Assembly: GCA_905178155.1 (NCBI GenBank)
Contig: CAJINV010000002.1
Location: 6,974,743-7,038,742 of the forward strand
Length of the DNA stretch: 64,000 nt
Reading direction: 5' to 3'
Source: Amoebophrya sp. A120
Lineage: Eukaryota; Protista; Dinoflagellata
A program made the translations under genes and the position numbers. Shown here in pieces: positions 24,650-37,211 of this stretch (position 1 is the stretch's first letter; the number at the start of each line of letters is the position of its first letter). A model generated the notes under the pieces. It worked only from the letters and a program-made list of their open reading frames with translations. It made no database searches and had not been told where the DNA came from.

Positions 24650-27600
24650 ATGTTTTCCAATCATAATCCGCCGGAGAAAGGCAGTGCTGGCACGTCGGCC
24701 GCTGCGCATCAACAGTGGCAGCAGGGGAACGCCACGTCTTCCGGCTTTTTTGGAACCACTTTGGTACATCGACCGGTCACCGCTGGAGGTCAATTCGCCA
24801 ATAATTATCCGAACGCAGTGAATGCGCATGCGAAGAATGCACCAAGCGTGCTCGCTCCCACCGTGACTTCGTCCAACGAAAGAGCCACGACCGTCGAGTC
24901 GGTCCATGAGGCGCTGGAGATTCAGATCCTTCGCGACCAAAAAACGGGTCGGCTTGGATCATTGCCTCCCAGCGCCAGCAGCACGACTTCTTCTAGCGCC
25001 ACGTCGTTGTATTCGAAAAATGTTGCGACCAAGAACCGTACTACAGGTGGTGCGAGCGCTGCTGCAAGCTTGGTCGTCGGTGGTGCTCAAAGAGGTTCCT
25101 ACTTCGATCTTCAGCAACAAGGACAACATCATGAAATAGACCACACCACAGAGACAGTAACTTCACCGCTCTACCGCCTATCGTATGACTCGACGGGGTG
25201 GATGAGAATTTTCAGGTGCCGGTTTGGTGACGATTTCAAAAAAACAAAAATAAAAACTTTCTATTTCCAGAGCTGACCCGGGCCCATCCCCACATGTTTT
25301 TGTGGTGTGTGTGGATGTGTAACGGGTTCGTTCCAAATATGGGCCGCGGGTGCGCTCATCCTAGGGTCAAGCCGCAGCGGTTTTGATTCTGGGTGTGTGT
25401 CCTGCCTTGTTGCGGGTTTTGGCGTCCTCCCCTTTAGGCGGGGTCGGCAAGCTTCGCTTCTCCTTTCGGCTTAGTGGGGGCACAGCATGTGCACAATCTT
25501 GCTCGGCGCGCAGGTTGACGGACCCGTGGTGTCTCCTTGCTGGTTGGTTGGTAGTCTCGTGACAGATGAGTGACGGTTTGTGGGAAGGATATTTGACGTT
25601 CCGGCGACGGTTTGTGACGGTTGTTTGACGGTTTGTGACGGTTTCGTCAGAAATTCCGCTAAAACGGAGCATACCATCGGGGAAGAAAAACTGTCACTAA
25701 CCAAATTGGAACCGCCTTCCAACTTGTGACGGTTCTGTCACCATTCCGTCAAATTGCGTCATTTCATTCTTGGGCTACCTGAGGGCCTACCTAGCTACTT
25801 ACCACCAAAGGCGCCCATGGGAAACGTCAGGCGGCAACCCAGAATATGGCCAACGTCCAGCCGTTGCGCGCCCCTGCGTTGGCTGGTGGGATGCCAGTCG
25901 TTGGGCATTTGGGGTTTGCCCTTTCGTCTTTTTGTGTTATGGGGGCCCACACAATTTTCAACGCGTGTGGCGACATGCGTGCACGCTCCCCAGGCAGACA
26001 CTGTCCTGGGGTAGGACCAATGGTGCTTCGCGGTGTGTTTCGCGGCATGGCTTTGCCGCCTATCGCCCGAAGCTATCGTAGTGCCGAGCCACAGTAAAAT
26101 TTTCGCTTTTCTTTTTTCAAAACGTCACGAAACCGTCAGACCATGTAACTCATCACGAGCCGTCAGGTTGAACTATCGGACATTCGCGTTTCGGGCCCGA
26201 TCCCGACTGCATTGATTCTGCTCGCGACCGAGCACGGCCCGCCCGGCGTCTTCTTTCACCGCAATACCGGCGTTGCCAGTGTGGCGATACAAGTCACCGA
26301 CGACAGCCAGGGCTTTTTCCCCTTCCTGAGCCGCGTCTCGGCTTTCCACGTCACCTGGGAAGCCCGCGCGAGGGACGCAGGACTGAAGACGAACCTTCCG
26401 GCGGGGGCGAATAGTACCAGTGCCGGTCGACTAAATGGAAGTTCGTCTTCCGGTGGTGGTCGCCAAATTATGAATGCGTCGAAGAACGTGGTTGGCGGTG
26501 CCGCTGCCATCCCGGCTATACCGCCAAAAAAATTGATCGAGGAACATCTGCCCATGGTTTTCGTCGGCCAGATCTTGGTTCTCAGAGACTGCAAATCCGA
26601 AATCAAAAAGCCGAGGTTCTGCAAACTCACCGCCGGGAGCTATCGGGTTCTGAGCCCGGTGGAAGAACAGGAGATTTTGAGAAATGAGGAGTCGACTGCA
26701 AGTGCTCCACTGAACGCGAACACCAGTAGGTCACTTTTCACTTCGCAAGAGCTTCACCGAATCCGAGAGTTGATTGCCTACCGCGGTTGTGTGTTGCGGA
26801 ATTCAAAAGACTCCGTGCACGCGGTTTACGGATACCTCCGGGACGACGACATTTATGCCAGTCTCAAAAAGACGGCGGCGAACATGTTTCGGCTGAGGCT
26901 GTTGACGAGAAGAAAATCAAGTAAATCGTCTCGGTGCTTGGGACTGTTGCAGAAAACATCACAGGGCGAGAATCGTCCACAACACGAGAGGAATGTCAAA
27001 CAGCAGCAGACAAATATTACCAGAAGCAAACTAATTATGGAGAGAAAAAAGTTTGTCACAGTCACTACCTTGCACTTGCAGGTTTTGCATTACAAATTCT
27101 TTCAGCATCACAGCTTTTCTTTGTATTGCAGAAACACTAGGGAAATCCCTTATGAAGTTTGGCTGTGATGCATTTTTACGCATGACAGAAAATTTTGTAT
27201 TGCAAAAATGCGCATGAGTGATCGTGACGAACTTTTTTTGTTTGATACTAATCGACATCAAATCGCGGCACGAAAACAACGACTTTTTTCTTTTGAAAAA
27301 TCTGGACCGAGCATCCCGAACCGGGGCCGTGGTAAGAGTCGTCGTCAACAATAGCAATAGCGGCGGTTCGGGTTCGGATAAAATCAACGCACTACAGACA
27401 GATCTTGTTTTGAGCAGCAGGCAATGTCAAGCGGTGGATACTGTATTCCAATCGACAACGGACCGCGTGACGCTCGTGCATCCGGACTTCTTTTGCGCGC
27501 AGCAGGAGCAGCAAAACAACTTGAGGTCGTACAGAAATGAACAACTGCAGCTGCACCACGACGAGAACCACGCCCCGCATCAAATAGTAAACTCAAGCGA

Positions 27601-29230
27601 AGGGGTGAAAATGGTTGACAGTGAAGAAAAGAACGGAAATAAAACTTTTTTTCTGCAAGCCGAAATAGTGAGTCAGTTTGGAGGTGGCACCAGCTGTAAC
27701 GCCTTTTTTTCCTCGTCACGAGGCTCTGGCTCCTCTGTCGCTGCAGCACCAACGGGAGCTCTTTCTATGTCCGTCCGTGACTTCAAGACTTTTCTCCGCC
27801 GAAAATATTTTCAACCAGCAGTCGACGCGTCGGATTGCTTGGTTGCGAAGATTCAGGAGCAGTTGCGCAAGAGGAAGATCCAGGGGAGATCGCAGAGGAG
27901 TCAAGCACCAGCATATGGGCAGCAGGAAAACGAAATGAGCCATTTAGGCGAGGATGTGGAAATGAAAGCAGCCATCGACGCTGGCAATAACGTTGTTGAG
28001 AATGGACGAGGTGGATCGTGCAGGGTCGACGATCCTACTAGTAGCTACGACCCTACTGCGAGGACTGCATCAAATGATTCATCTTCTTGCAGCAGCCAGC
28101 ACCAGTACATAATTGTCAACTACGACGAATGTACCTTCCTTGGTGGTGGCCGTGTGGAGTTACCACCGTACGAACAGCAAGCGCGGACGCGACCAGGTAG
28201 CAGCAGTAATATCAGCACCTTTTTCGCCAGTACTGCCAATTCGTCCACAGAGAGACCCAAACTCTTTGCCGAGCACGGCCGCGTGGATCATTTTTACGTC
28301 GCGGCCTGGGAGCTCAGAACGTCACGAAATCCGAAAACATTACATAAGTCTGGCGTTCCACCGAACCAGGAAGCCAGCGGGGGGCCGTCGTCCAGCGCGT
28401 GTTCTGGTTCTGCTGGGAAGACGAATCTTGACCAGCTTGGACAAGATGAGAACTCCATCATCGTGTATTCCGATGAGCTGGAAGATATGCTCGCGCCCTT
28501 GTTTGAAGACGACGAAGAGTTCGCACTGATGTGTACTACCTCTATGCCCCCAGCAGCAGGGATGAATCATGGAAGCTCAAGCTGCGCGGGAGGTTCGTCT
28601 TCTGTCATCTTCGAGAAAGCAATGGAGCGACTGTTTCAGCCCGAGGTCGTTCCTCTTCCAGAAGCAGACCTCCAAAAGGATCCGAACAGACAACAAGATG
28701 GAACACGCCTGCAGTGTCCTCGTGGTCCAGTAGGAACGAGAAACCACGATCAACCTCAGCAACTTCCTCCTAGTAGCTGCGTGGTCGGCAACATCAACTC
28801 GTTTTCCGTTGTTCAGCAGCATGACAGATCTATTTCCTCCGCGAACTGCGAAGTGAATAGTACCACGTCGAACGGCACATCCTCGAAGGCAACGAGCAAA
28901 TCGAATGCGACACCATCACGAGGAACTTCAAATCGAGCAGCAAGTCTCTTCCCCGGGAAGGGCACGGTGTGTGTTTCCCTCGGAATGGATGGAAGATCTG
29001 TCCCCGGTCCGCACGCAATTCCGTTGGGGGAGACTATTTTCCGAAACGCGTACAAAATCACGCTGACTGAAATCTTTGAGCGAGGAACACAAACTGAGCT
29101 TGCGATGAAGTTCACTGATGTAGATGATCACCATCACCATGGAAGAACTCACCTTGAAGATGCTTCTGCCGCGGAAAATTATCATGATAAGGCTGACGAA
29201 GCAGAAGCAGATGTCATAATGCAGGATTGA
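24650..29230 (+). CDS. Hypothetical protein with a possible POT1/TEBP-like OB fold; exons 24650-25183, 26179-27035, 27253-29230
   Basis: Three ORFs join in frame across two DR-flanked elements; SVAIQVTDDS...SAF...LPMVFVGQILVLRDCK resembles the POT1 OB1 pattern (function tentative). Confidence 0.7.
25184..26172. mobile_element. ~1-kb non-autonomous TIR element (MITE-like) inside a coding exon
   Basis: DR CTATCG 25178-83 / 26173-78; ~80-bp imperfect TIRs sharing GACGG, GATGAG, CGGTTTxGTGACG and A tracts; internal GTGACGGTT tandem repeats; empty site in three paralogous copies. Confidence 0.85.
27036..27247. mobile_element. Introner-like TIR intron
   Basis: TATGGAGAGAAAAAAGTTTGTCACAGTCACT vs revcomp TATCAAACAAAAAAAGTTCGTCACGATCACT; perfect DR CTAAT; in-frame join KLI|DIK. 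Confidence 0.85.
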
Positions 29231-29594
29231 AATGGAAAACCTGTCCGCAATAGGTGCTGCGCGAATGACTTGGACATAGAGTGCTCACCCAGATGAACCT
29301 CAAAGGCCACGTTGTTCAGCCAGTGTTTTTTTCGCTCTCTGCAGATCGAGTCGGTCCTCCGATAACGTGAGGCCGCCCTCACCAGTTTGGTGAGTTCTCA
29401 TTTTTGTTGCCCTTGTGTGATAGATCCTTACCTCTCCTCCTCAGCACAGCGGTCAACACTCTACATCGCTCGTTATTTTTGGTAGATGCAGATGATTTGG
29501 TGTAGCGGTAAGTAGAAGCCATTTCATTTTCTTTGATCAACATCAAAGCAATAGAAGAAGCAAACTACTTTGACAGACAAGTTATCAAGCCAGT

Positions 29595-32269
29595 ATGGGC
29601 GCCAAAAAGGGGGGAAAGGGGTCGTTCTCCTGGTCTAAGCGCGACCCAAATAAGCCGAGACTAACGGATGAAGAGAAGCGTGCCAAGGCGAAGATTCATT
29701 TGGAAGCCTTTCGGGCCGCAAAGCAAAACGGAAAATTTCCCGACAAGGACAATCCCGGGAGCTGCAATGCGAACCACGAATCGACCTCGGCACTGACCCA
29801 CAAAGAGAAGCTGAAATACGAGTATCAGGAAAAAGAGCAGCGGAAGGAAATGGTGAAGAACGCGATGCTGATTCAGGAAAAAAATCCTGATCTGCGGGTG
29901 CAGTCGGTTATATGGAAGTGTCAGAATCGAAATTGACAAAATCGAAAAACTTGTGATGCATAAGATCGATACCAGTTGGAGCCTCAGTTTGCAAGCGGCG
30001 CATGACAAATTTCGCGAGCACCCAAGTCCAGTCTGTCACGCTGTTTGGGTAAAGGAGACAGGTCCTGTCATGCTACAATGGCAGCGCATTGCATACTCCT
30101 AAACAGGCTTGCGATCGATCTCATTTGCCTGCTCCCCAATACAGGCCTCCAGTGCCCTGCATTTTATGCATCACAGATTTTTCGACTTTGTCGATTTCGA
30201 TCCTGACACATCCATGGGCTAACCACAATTCGCTGATGTTCGGGAAAAAGATGCAGCGTGATGGTGTTGATGACGACGAGGAAAGCGATGCTGAAGCTGG
30301 TGAAAACGACAGACATTTTCTCGGGTCAAAACGAAGTAGAGAGAATTCGTCTGAGGAAGAAGGTGGTGAAAATCGGCAGCAGCATTTCAGCAGCCGTGCG
30401 GCTACCGCGAGAATAAACATCAAAGATGATTTCAACGCGCAGCTTTGGGATGCGCATGCAAAATCTGCCAGCGCAAGCACTGCGAGGAGCGGGACAAAAG
30501 GAGCCGTCGCTCAGCAAGCAACGACAATGACCTCGACCGGGGCAACCGCTAAAATAAATTTGTCTTCTGCAACAGCAAGCAAACCGTCTGGCAGTTCATT
30601 TGAACAAGAGGAAAGGGAGTTTGCCGTGGCTTTGAATTGGCACGAGAACTTGGAATTTCTAGCGACGGCGGAGTTGGAGATTATGCGGCAGTATTTGGAA
30701 AATAGCAAAAGGCAACTGCAGAAAGCGGCGACGGACTTTGATAAGAAAGACCAGAGCGAAGACACAACCGCAACGACGCTGCAGTTTCCTCAGCTCGACG
30801 ACTACAATACGAGTTTGCTGAAGTTTTTAGTGAAAAAAAGGTTTAACTTGCAGGTTTTACCACCCGTGAAACAGTCTCTGGCAACCTCAAGGGTGACGAA
30901 TGACGTTGCAAGTAGGAGATGTGGGGGCATTCGCGTGAAAATTCCGTCGACCGTTTCCAATGCAGCGTTTGCTCCTTTCGGCCGACGGAGTGCTAGAACC
31001 GCTACTGATGCTGGCGACGAGAAGAGCAGCAGCAGTGCAACACTTTCCATGACCCTCCCTTCCATGTCTATCGTAGACCTGGTTTGCACCTCAACCGGCG
31101 CAGCGGAGGTGCCGATCACCATGGGAGTGGAGCAGACGTTTGCAGAGGAAAGATTAAGGCAGTTGCTGCGCATGACAAAGAACTCAACCAGAACTACTAG
31201 CAAGAGCGATCTGCTCTTCATCAGCGACACGATTTTCAAAAAGCATTACGAGGACAACGACAGCGACAGCAACTCTGACGAGAGCGATAGCGGTGAGAAT
31301 TTCATCGGCGGGCCACCGAAGAAATTGCTCCAAAACACCGCGAAAAGGAGGAGAGTGGATGATGAAAATTCTGCTGCGGGGGATACGGCTGGTAGAATAC
31401 AACACACCGCGTCCTCTACAACATCATCTGCTGTTGTCTTTCCGCACTACAACTTCGAGCGTTTTCGCGAACAGGAAGGCAAGTCGTGGAAGGAGAATTG
31501 GGCGACGGCGAAGTGGCCAAGCCTGAAACTGGACAACCGCGCCCAACCGATCGAGGTAGACACGATGAACGGGGCTGTTTTGTCCTTTCTCTTCACGCCG
31601 AGGGACTTCGCGAAGGAGAAAGAAGGGCTGGAACTCCTGCTGGAAAATTTTCCACCGAGGAGAAACGGTGGCGATTCCGATCTTCCTGCGAACACAGTGG
31701 GAGAGATTATGAAGATGAAACCCATCTCGCTGCGGTTGATCCGAACAGAGAACTTCAACAAGAGCAAGAAGAGAAGTCCCTGGAAGTTGAAGATGAAGGG
31801 GCTGCTGGAGAACATCGAGTATTGTATTGGGACTCAAAACAGCAAGTCACCACTGTTCTGGATGGAGAAGGAATTTGAGTTTTCGGAGAGCTCACAGCGG
31901 ATCTGGATCGCATTCCTGGACGGCTGCAAGGTGGTGGTGGGCACGTACCCAGGCCTGCTGCAAAATAAGATCGCGGAGTTCCAGGTGGTGAAACCGACGG
32001 AGGACGGAAGTAGTGAAGAGGGAGAAGTAGACGGGAACGATGGCACCAGCAACGGCGTTAGCATGACAAAAGTTCGATTCGGGTTTGTCGGTGGCGAGAA
32101 GGGAGGGCAGTCAATATTTGGCTTCGGGCGTGCAGTGCCGACTGTCACGAGTATCAGTCTGCAGCCCAGGAAGTTGACAGATTTGCTGTGGACGAACGTA
32201 GAAAAGGAAGTGCCGTCCAAAGATACGTCCGCTTTTCTGAATGCCAAAAGTGTGAATTTGAGTCTCTGA
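29595..32269 (+). CDS. Hypothetical protein, 2 exons (29595-29910, 30222-32269)
   Basis: ORFs 29595 and 30089 join in frame after removing 311 nt; Lys-rich N terminus; no confident domain. Confidence 0.75.
29911..30216. mobile_element. Introner-like TIR intron, 306-bp family
   Basis: ~50-bp TIR TATGGAAGTGTCAGAATCGAAATTGACAAAATCGAAAA...; DR GGTTA/GGCTA; colinear with 38125-38430. Confidence 0.9.
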
Positions 32270-32622
32270 CTATGCTGCTCAGAAGAAGGCTGATGCTGTT
32301 GATGATCGATGACTGAAGAAGAAACACTAAATGAAAATGAAAGACGCAGTCTTTTGTTCGCGACCAGGAATGAACAACAAGGGGAATGAAAATCAGGCCT
32401 GTGCCAAAGCAGAGACACGTGTTGTGGCTTCTCCTACTTGCGTTCTTGGTTGCCGTTTAAATCGATGCAACGGACGATGGAAATCGGTTTTGCAGCTGCG
32501 AATCCGCCGCGACGCTGTGGCCGCGCAAACCTGCCTCGCCCAGGCAAGTCGCAGCCGTCCGAGCGCTGGCGCGCGTGCCGGGTTTCTCTGCCTGTTCAGG
32601 AGATGCAGGCAAAGTTTCTGGC

Positions 32623-32700
32623 GCCTGACGCAAAACAGCCCGACGCGGTGCCTGACGCAAAAGAATCCGAAGTGGTGCCTGACGCAAATAAAGAGCCCGA
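32623..32700. repeat. 3 x 27-bp tandem repeat (GCCTGACGCAAA core)
   Basis: Core at 32623, 32650 and 32677. Confidence 0.8.
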
Positions 32701-34566
32701 AGGCAAAGCCGAGGCGCAAAAGACCGACCCGAGGCCGAGTCTTCCTCCGAAAGGGGCGGCGGGGCTCTCAGTGGCCGGCGCTCCCCACCCGGATGGCGTT
32801 GGTTGCGGTGGTTGATGCGGAGTTTTGGAAACCTGGAGGGGGCCCCTATCCCTCCGTAAATGTTGCCCCCCCGGCCAGAGAGCAGGGCGGCGACGCAGTC
32901 CCTGAAGCGCGCGGCGCCCCCTGCCGCCGCCACCCGCCCCGCCGGCGTTTGGGTTTTGTCTGTGCCGCGCCCCCGGGACAGATCGGCGCGCCCGTGTCCT
33001 TGCCGGGGCTTGGGGCAGGTACACGGGCGCGCCACGCCTTGCAGCTGGTACATTGCTGGCGCGCGCGAGGTTGGTAGGTTTGCGAAGCATTTTGCGCCCG
33101 TTTGTTAGCCAGCCCGCGGCCCAATCGTATTCGTTCGAGGGGGTCGGGGTTTGGGGGCAAATAACGCGCCGGAGTCCGATTGGGCCCGCCGAGTGCGCCC
33201 TTTGCCGGCCCGTCTTGCCTCTCTTTGCAGCAGTTGGCCGAATACAACGACGCGCGCGTGGGTTTGCCGATCCCGCCGCCGCTTGGTTGCGTCTCTTGCG
33301 CCCTTGACGGCAGGGCCGGCCGCCCGCCCGTCTGTCTCTCTCTCTGCGCGCGCCCGTCGCACCGCGCGCAGGAGGTTGGCCGGCGCGCCGATTAATGTTG
33401 CCGCCTCCCCGGCGCGCCGGCCTTGGCCCGCCCGCCCGGGTCAGCCTTCGCGCGCAGCCCTTCCTTGACAAAAAGAAGCGGTGGGGGGGGGGGGCGCGCT
33501 CCTTCTTCGGTGGCTCTACCTCATCCGCCTCCGGGATGGCGGGCCGGCGCGCGACCCTGTTCCGGCTCGGGACGGACCCCGGCGGGGTGGCTTCAAAAAC
33601 GGAGAGGCCGAAGAACGCAAGCTCTACGGCGAGACGGTAGCTACGCCCTACCGCGCGCCGCGTTTGTGCGCCAATCTTTGCGCCTGTGTTACTAGCTTGG
33701 GCCTGTCGTCGGCCTTCGATCGCCTGCCGCGCGCTGGGCCGGCCCGCCTACCTTCCGGGCCACCGCGGGGGCAGCCGCAAGGCAGGCACCTTGCTGCCTG
33801 CCGGCATTGCCAGCCTGCGCCCCCTTGCGCGCACGTGGGGCATTTCGCCGGCGCCGTTCAAGTGTTAGCTTGGCTTGCTGGGCGGCCCCGCCCCCCGCCC
33901 TTCCCACCATCGCCCATTTTGTGGGGTAGGTCTCCTCTGGTGGGCGCCCCCTTTTGGCGGTGGGTCTTGGGTGTTGATATAAGTCAGTGCATGCTTTTGA
34001 TGTGTTGCGCAGCCAGCCGGCCCGCCGCGTTGGGCGCCTGCGGGAAATTCTTCCTCTAGGCGGCTCCCGGCTTCTCACAGTAAGGCTAAGGGCACTCGAG
34101 GCCGCCGGTACGACGAGAATGAAGGCCGGCCGCGGTCCCGCCGGGCAGCCCGGTGCTTTCTTTGTTTTGGGATTCGCCTTTGGTCGTATCTATCAATGAG
34201 TCTTCGGCTCAGCCGCGCGCGTTTTCGCGCATCGGCCAGCAGCTCTAGTGCTTCCCTGCGAAGCAGACTGGAATTGGGAGGAATCGCCGCCAAGTTGGTT
34301 CATCGCCGTGCGTGGACATGTGTTGGTTGCCCCCCAGTGTGTTTTTTCTTGTGTGTTTCCCCTTGCGTATATGTTGTAGAAACTGATGAAACTCAGTTTC
34401 AGTCCATCTGTATGGCCTTTTGCAGATCTACATGCATCACACTACTTTTGGATGACTTGATGGCTTCATCCTGGAGCAGGCATAGATACGAAATGGTCTG
34501 AGTGTGTTCTGCTTATTCGTCCTTCTCAGTCTCGTTCGCGAAAGCGAAACACTTCAAATTTTAAAG

Positions 34567-36349
34567 ATGGCGTCGGACGGCCCTGCACTAGCAGCAGACG
34601 GAGCTGCACCCGGATCATCCGATAGTACCAGTGCCGAGGTCATCCAGCTTGGCAAGACGGAGAATCCCAACATCTCGTCCTACGGCATCATCACGAAGAA
34701 CGGCCTGCTCGCCATGTACGGCGAGGCCCCAAAGCTTCCCGGGAAGGAGTGCGCGCAGAGATTGAAGGCTTTGGCAAACTACCGGGAGGAATTTCTGGAG
34801 CGGGTGGTGCCGGCACTGGAAAAAGCAGGGGATGAAGAGCTGGACCGGGATCAGTGTTGGAGGCTGGTATAAATGAAAGTTAAGATTTCTCTTGAATTGA
34901 AGATATCAACGTGGACGCACCATTTGCATTTCAAACGCCGCGCCGTACTGCAAGAACGCATCGACCACGTCCACATGATGCAAAATGCACTAACTCGGCT
35001 TTCTGCACGACAGCCTTGCACCCAAAAGCAAGGTGTTGAAACTGAGTACTGTGGTAAATATTCAAAACAGATGTCCGACCACACCTGCATGTGGGAGAAG
35101 TATTCCCATCCGACCGTGATAAGCAACGGCCGGGGCGGCTTCAGCTACCACTCGGGCAACACCTGGGGCTGCGAGCAATTTTTCCGTCCGGGAGAGGAAG
35201 TTATTTCCGGAGCGGTCTTCTGCGCACGCGTTCTGCTTGCGGGGCGCTCGAGCGGGGTCAAAATCACCAACAAGGCGGTGAACATCGAGGACTTCGACGG
35301 TATTTGGATAAGTGTTGGCTGTTGCAGCAGCTCCAGAGGTGGTCGTATCTATTCGATGAATTTATGTTGGAGGACGTCGAGGAAAACTACAAACCACACA
35401 AGCAACACCCCGAAGCTCACAAGAGCGTTGCATGACGATAGAGTGGCATTAGTACAACTATAGCACTTTTTTAGAAAGAAATAGAAATGATCAAAACACG
35501 ACGCGCCGCAAATACAGATTTCGAAGACGTTCTTTGGTTCAACGAGCAGCTCCTGATGGAAGCGATTCAGAAGAAATGGGGTGGCGACGAGGACGGTTTT
35601 GACGCGGATGAATTCACGATGGCCCTGCATAAGATGTACAAAAAGATCAAGACACCCTGGATGGAAATCAAAAGCAGAGCCACCATGGGTGGGAAGATCA
35701 CGGAAGTTGGAATCAAGGCACTTTACGGTACAGCTTCTTGATGTTGCCGTAGTTGGTATAGCGGAAATAAAGGATGAACTTGTGATTGGGCGCGTAAGCC
35801 GACACGATTGACTCGTGTCGGGATAATTTCTCATGCCGCTATTTCAGCTGATTTTTGCCAGAATAAAGTACTTACACATCATCTTCTACTCTATCAGGTT
35901 TTACCCACAAGCTCGGGCAGCGGCCGACGGCTGAGGAGAAGCACAATATGAATATCACCAAGATGACGGGGTCGGAGTTCTGCCGACGCTTAGAGCGCGC
36001 CCGTGCCGAGGCGGACTGGGAATTCGTGGGGAAGTTTTACGATAAAGTATGGGACGCACACGGCACGGACGAAAACTTGTACAATTGGATGGAAATGATG
36101 AATCTGGCCACGGAGGCGTTTTATGCATTGCAAAAGCATTGTACTCGTATAAATGCATTACAAATTTCCTCAGCATGAGAAGTAAAATTTGTACTGCGGA
36201 TTCCCCCCAAAAAAAAGATTTGTGATGCATGATTGCAATGCGAGTACGATACTTCTGCACAGGATACGTTTTTCAGCAAACCAAAAGAGTTGGCGGAGGG
36301 CGAGGAGGCGGCCAAAGCGGCTTTGGCAGCCACTCTGGCAGATGATTAA
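34567..36349 (+). CDS. Hypothetical protein, 5 exons (34567-34866, 35071-35299, 35518-35727, 35898-36121, 36272-36349)
   Basis: Three phase-compatible GT-AG introns plus one TIR intron give a continuous ORF MASDGPAL...AATLADD*. Confidence 0.75.
36122..36266. mobile_element. Introner-like TIR intron (TATGCATTGC/TATCCTGTGC family)
   Basis: TATGCATTGCAAAAGCATTGTACTCG ... CGAGTACGATACTTCTGCACAGGATA; perfect DR CGTTT. Confidence 0.85.
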
Positions 36350-37211
36350 GTAGGTTGAGGATAATTCTAAAGCTAAGCAGTTCGCTTACTCATCATCGTC
36401 ATGATCGTGATCGACATTTGGCCAGCGCGAGTTGGTGCTGGGCGTGTAAAATTGATGAACTGCCGCGAACAGCAACAGGTTTCACAGCAAAACATACTCA
36501 TCGTCATTGAAAATTGATCCCACTCCAGCTGGATTAGACAGCAAGAGTAGAAAAGATTGGCCCTTCGTCGTTGTGTGCTAGTTTCAAAGACCTTCCACCT
36601 GTTTTTCGTTTCAAAGACGTTTCCCGCTCTCGAATCTGAATGAAGGAATTGTACTAAAGACGTGCATCTGCAGCTCTGACTCTGACGAAGTGGCCTTTTC
36701 TGAGTCAAGATCCTGATCTAATCTTTGCTCGGTCATCTGTGCTTTCGCTATCGTTGCCTTACTCAGTGTCAGCGGCTCACTCTACCTCTTACGTCGTCGT
36801 CAATTCGGTCCACAATTCGTGTGAATGCAGATTCAGAGCGGATTTGGATCCTCTTACTCTTTTTCTTTTACCTTTGAGGCCCTTAATGTTGCTTCAGCTA
36901 GGCACTTTATCAATGAACATCGAAGAGCTTCTACTTATCGTCGCATCGGCACCATATTGTTGGAGAAGTCAGTTTCGTTCCTGACCGTGACCATCAGAGG
37001 TGGGAAAGTCAAATGCGATCGAGGGTGAGCAGTGTTTGACGATGCCTGCACCCCTCAGTAACTAGCGCGAATCTTGTGAAAAGTACAGCTGGAATCAAAA
37101 CGGAAAACAAAGAGAAAGACCAACAACACTGCGACCACGTGGGAAGCGACAAAAGAGTAAGAGACGACCTCTACACTTAGTACATTCGGAGGACGTCCCA
37201 CAGTTGCAAGC

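Noticed and set aside
25560-25650. CRISPR-like or telomeric array
   Set aside because: Short degenerate GTGACGGTT units without spacers; not TTTAGGG-type; eukaryotic context
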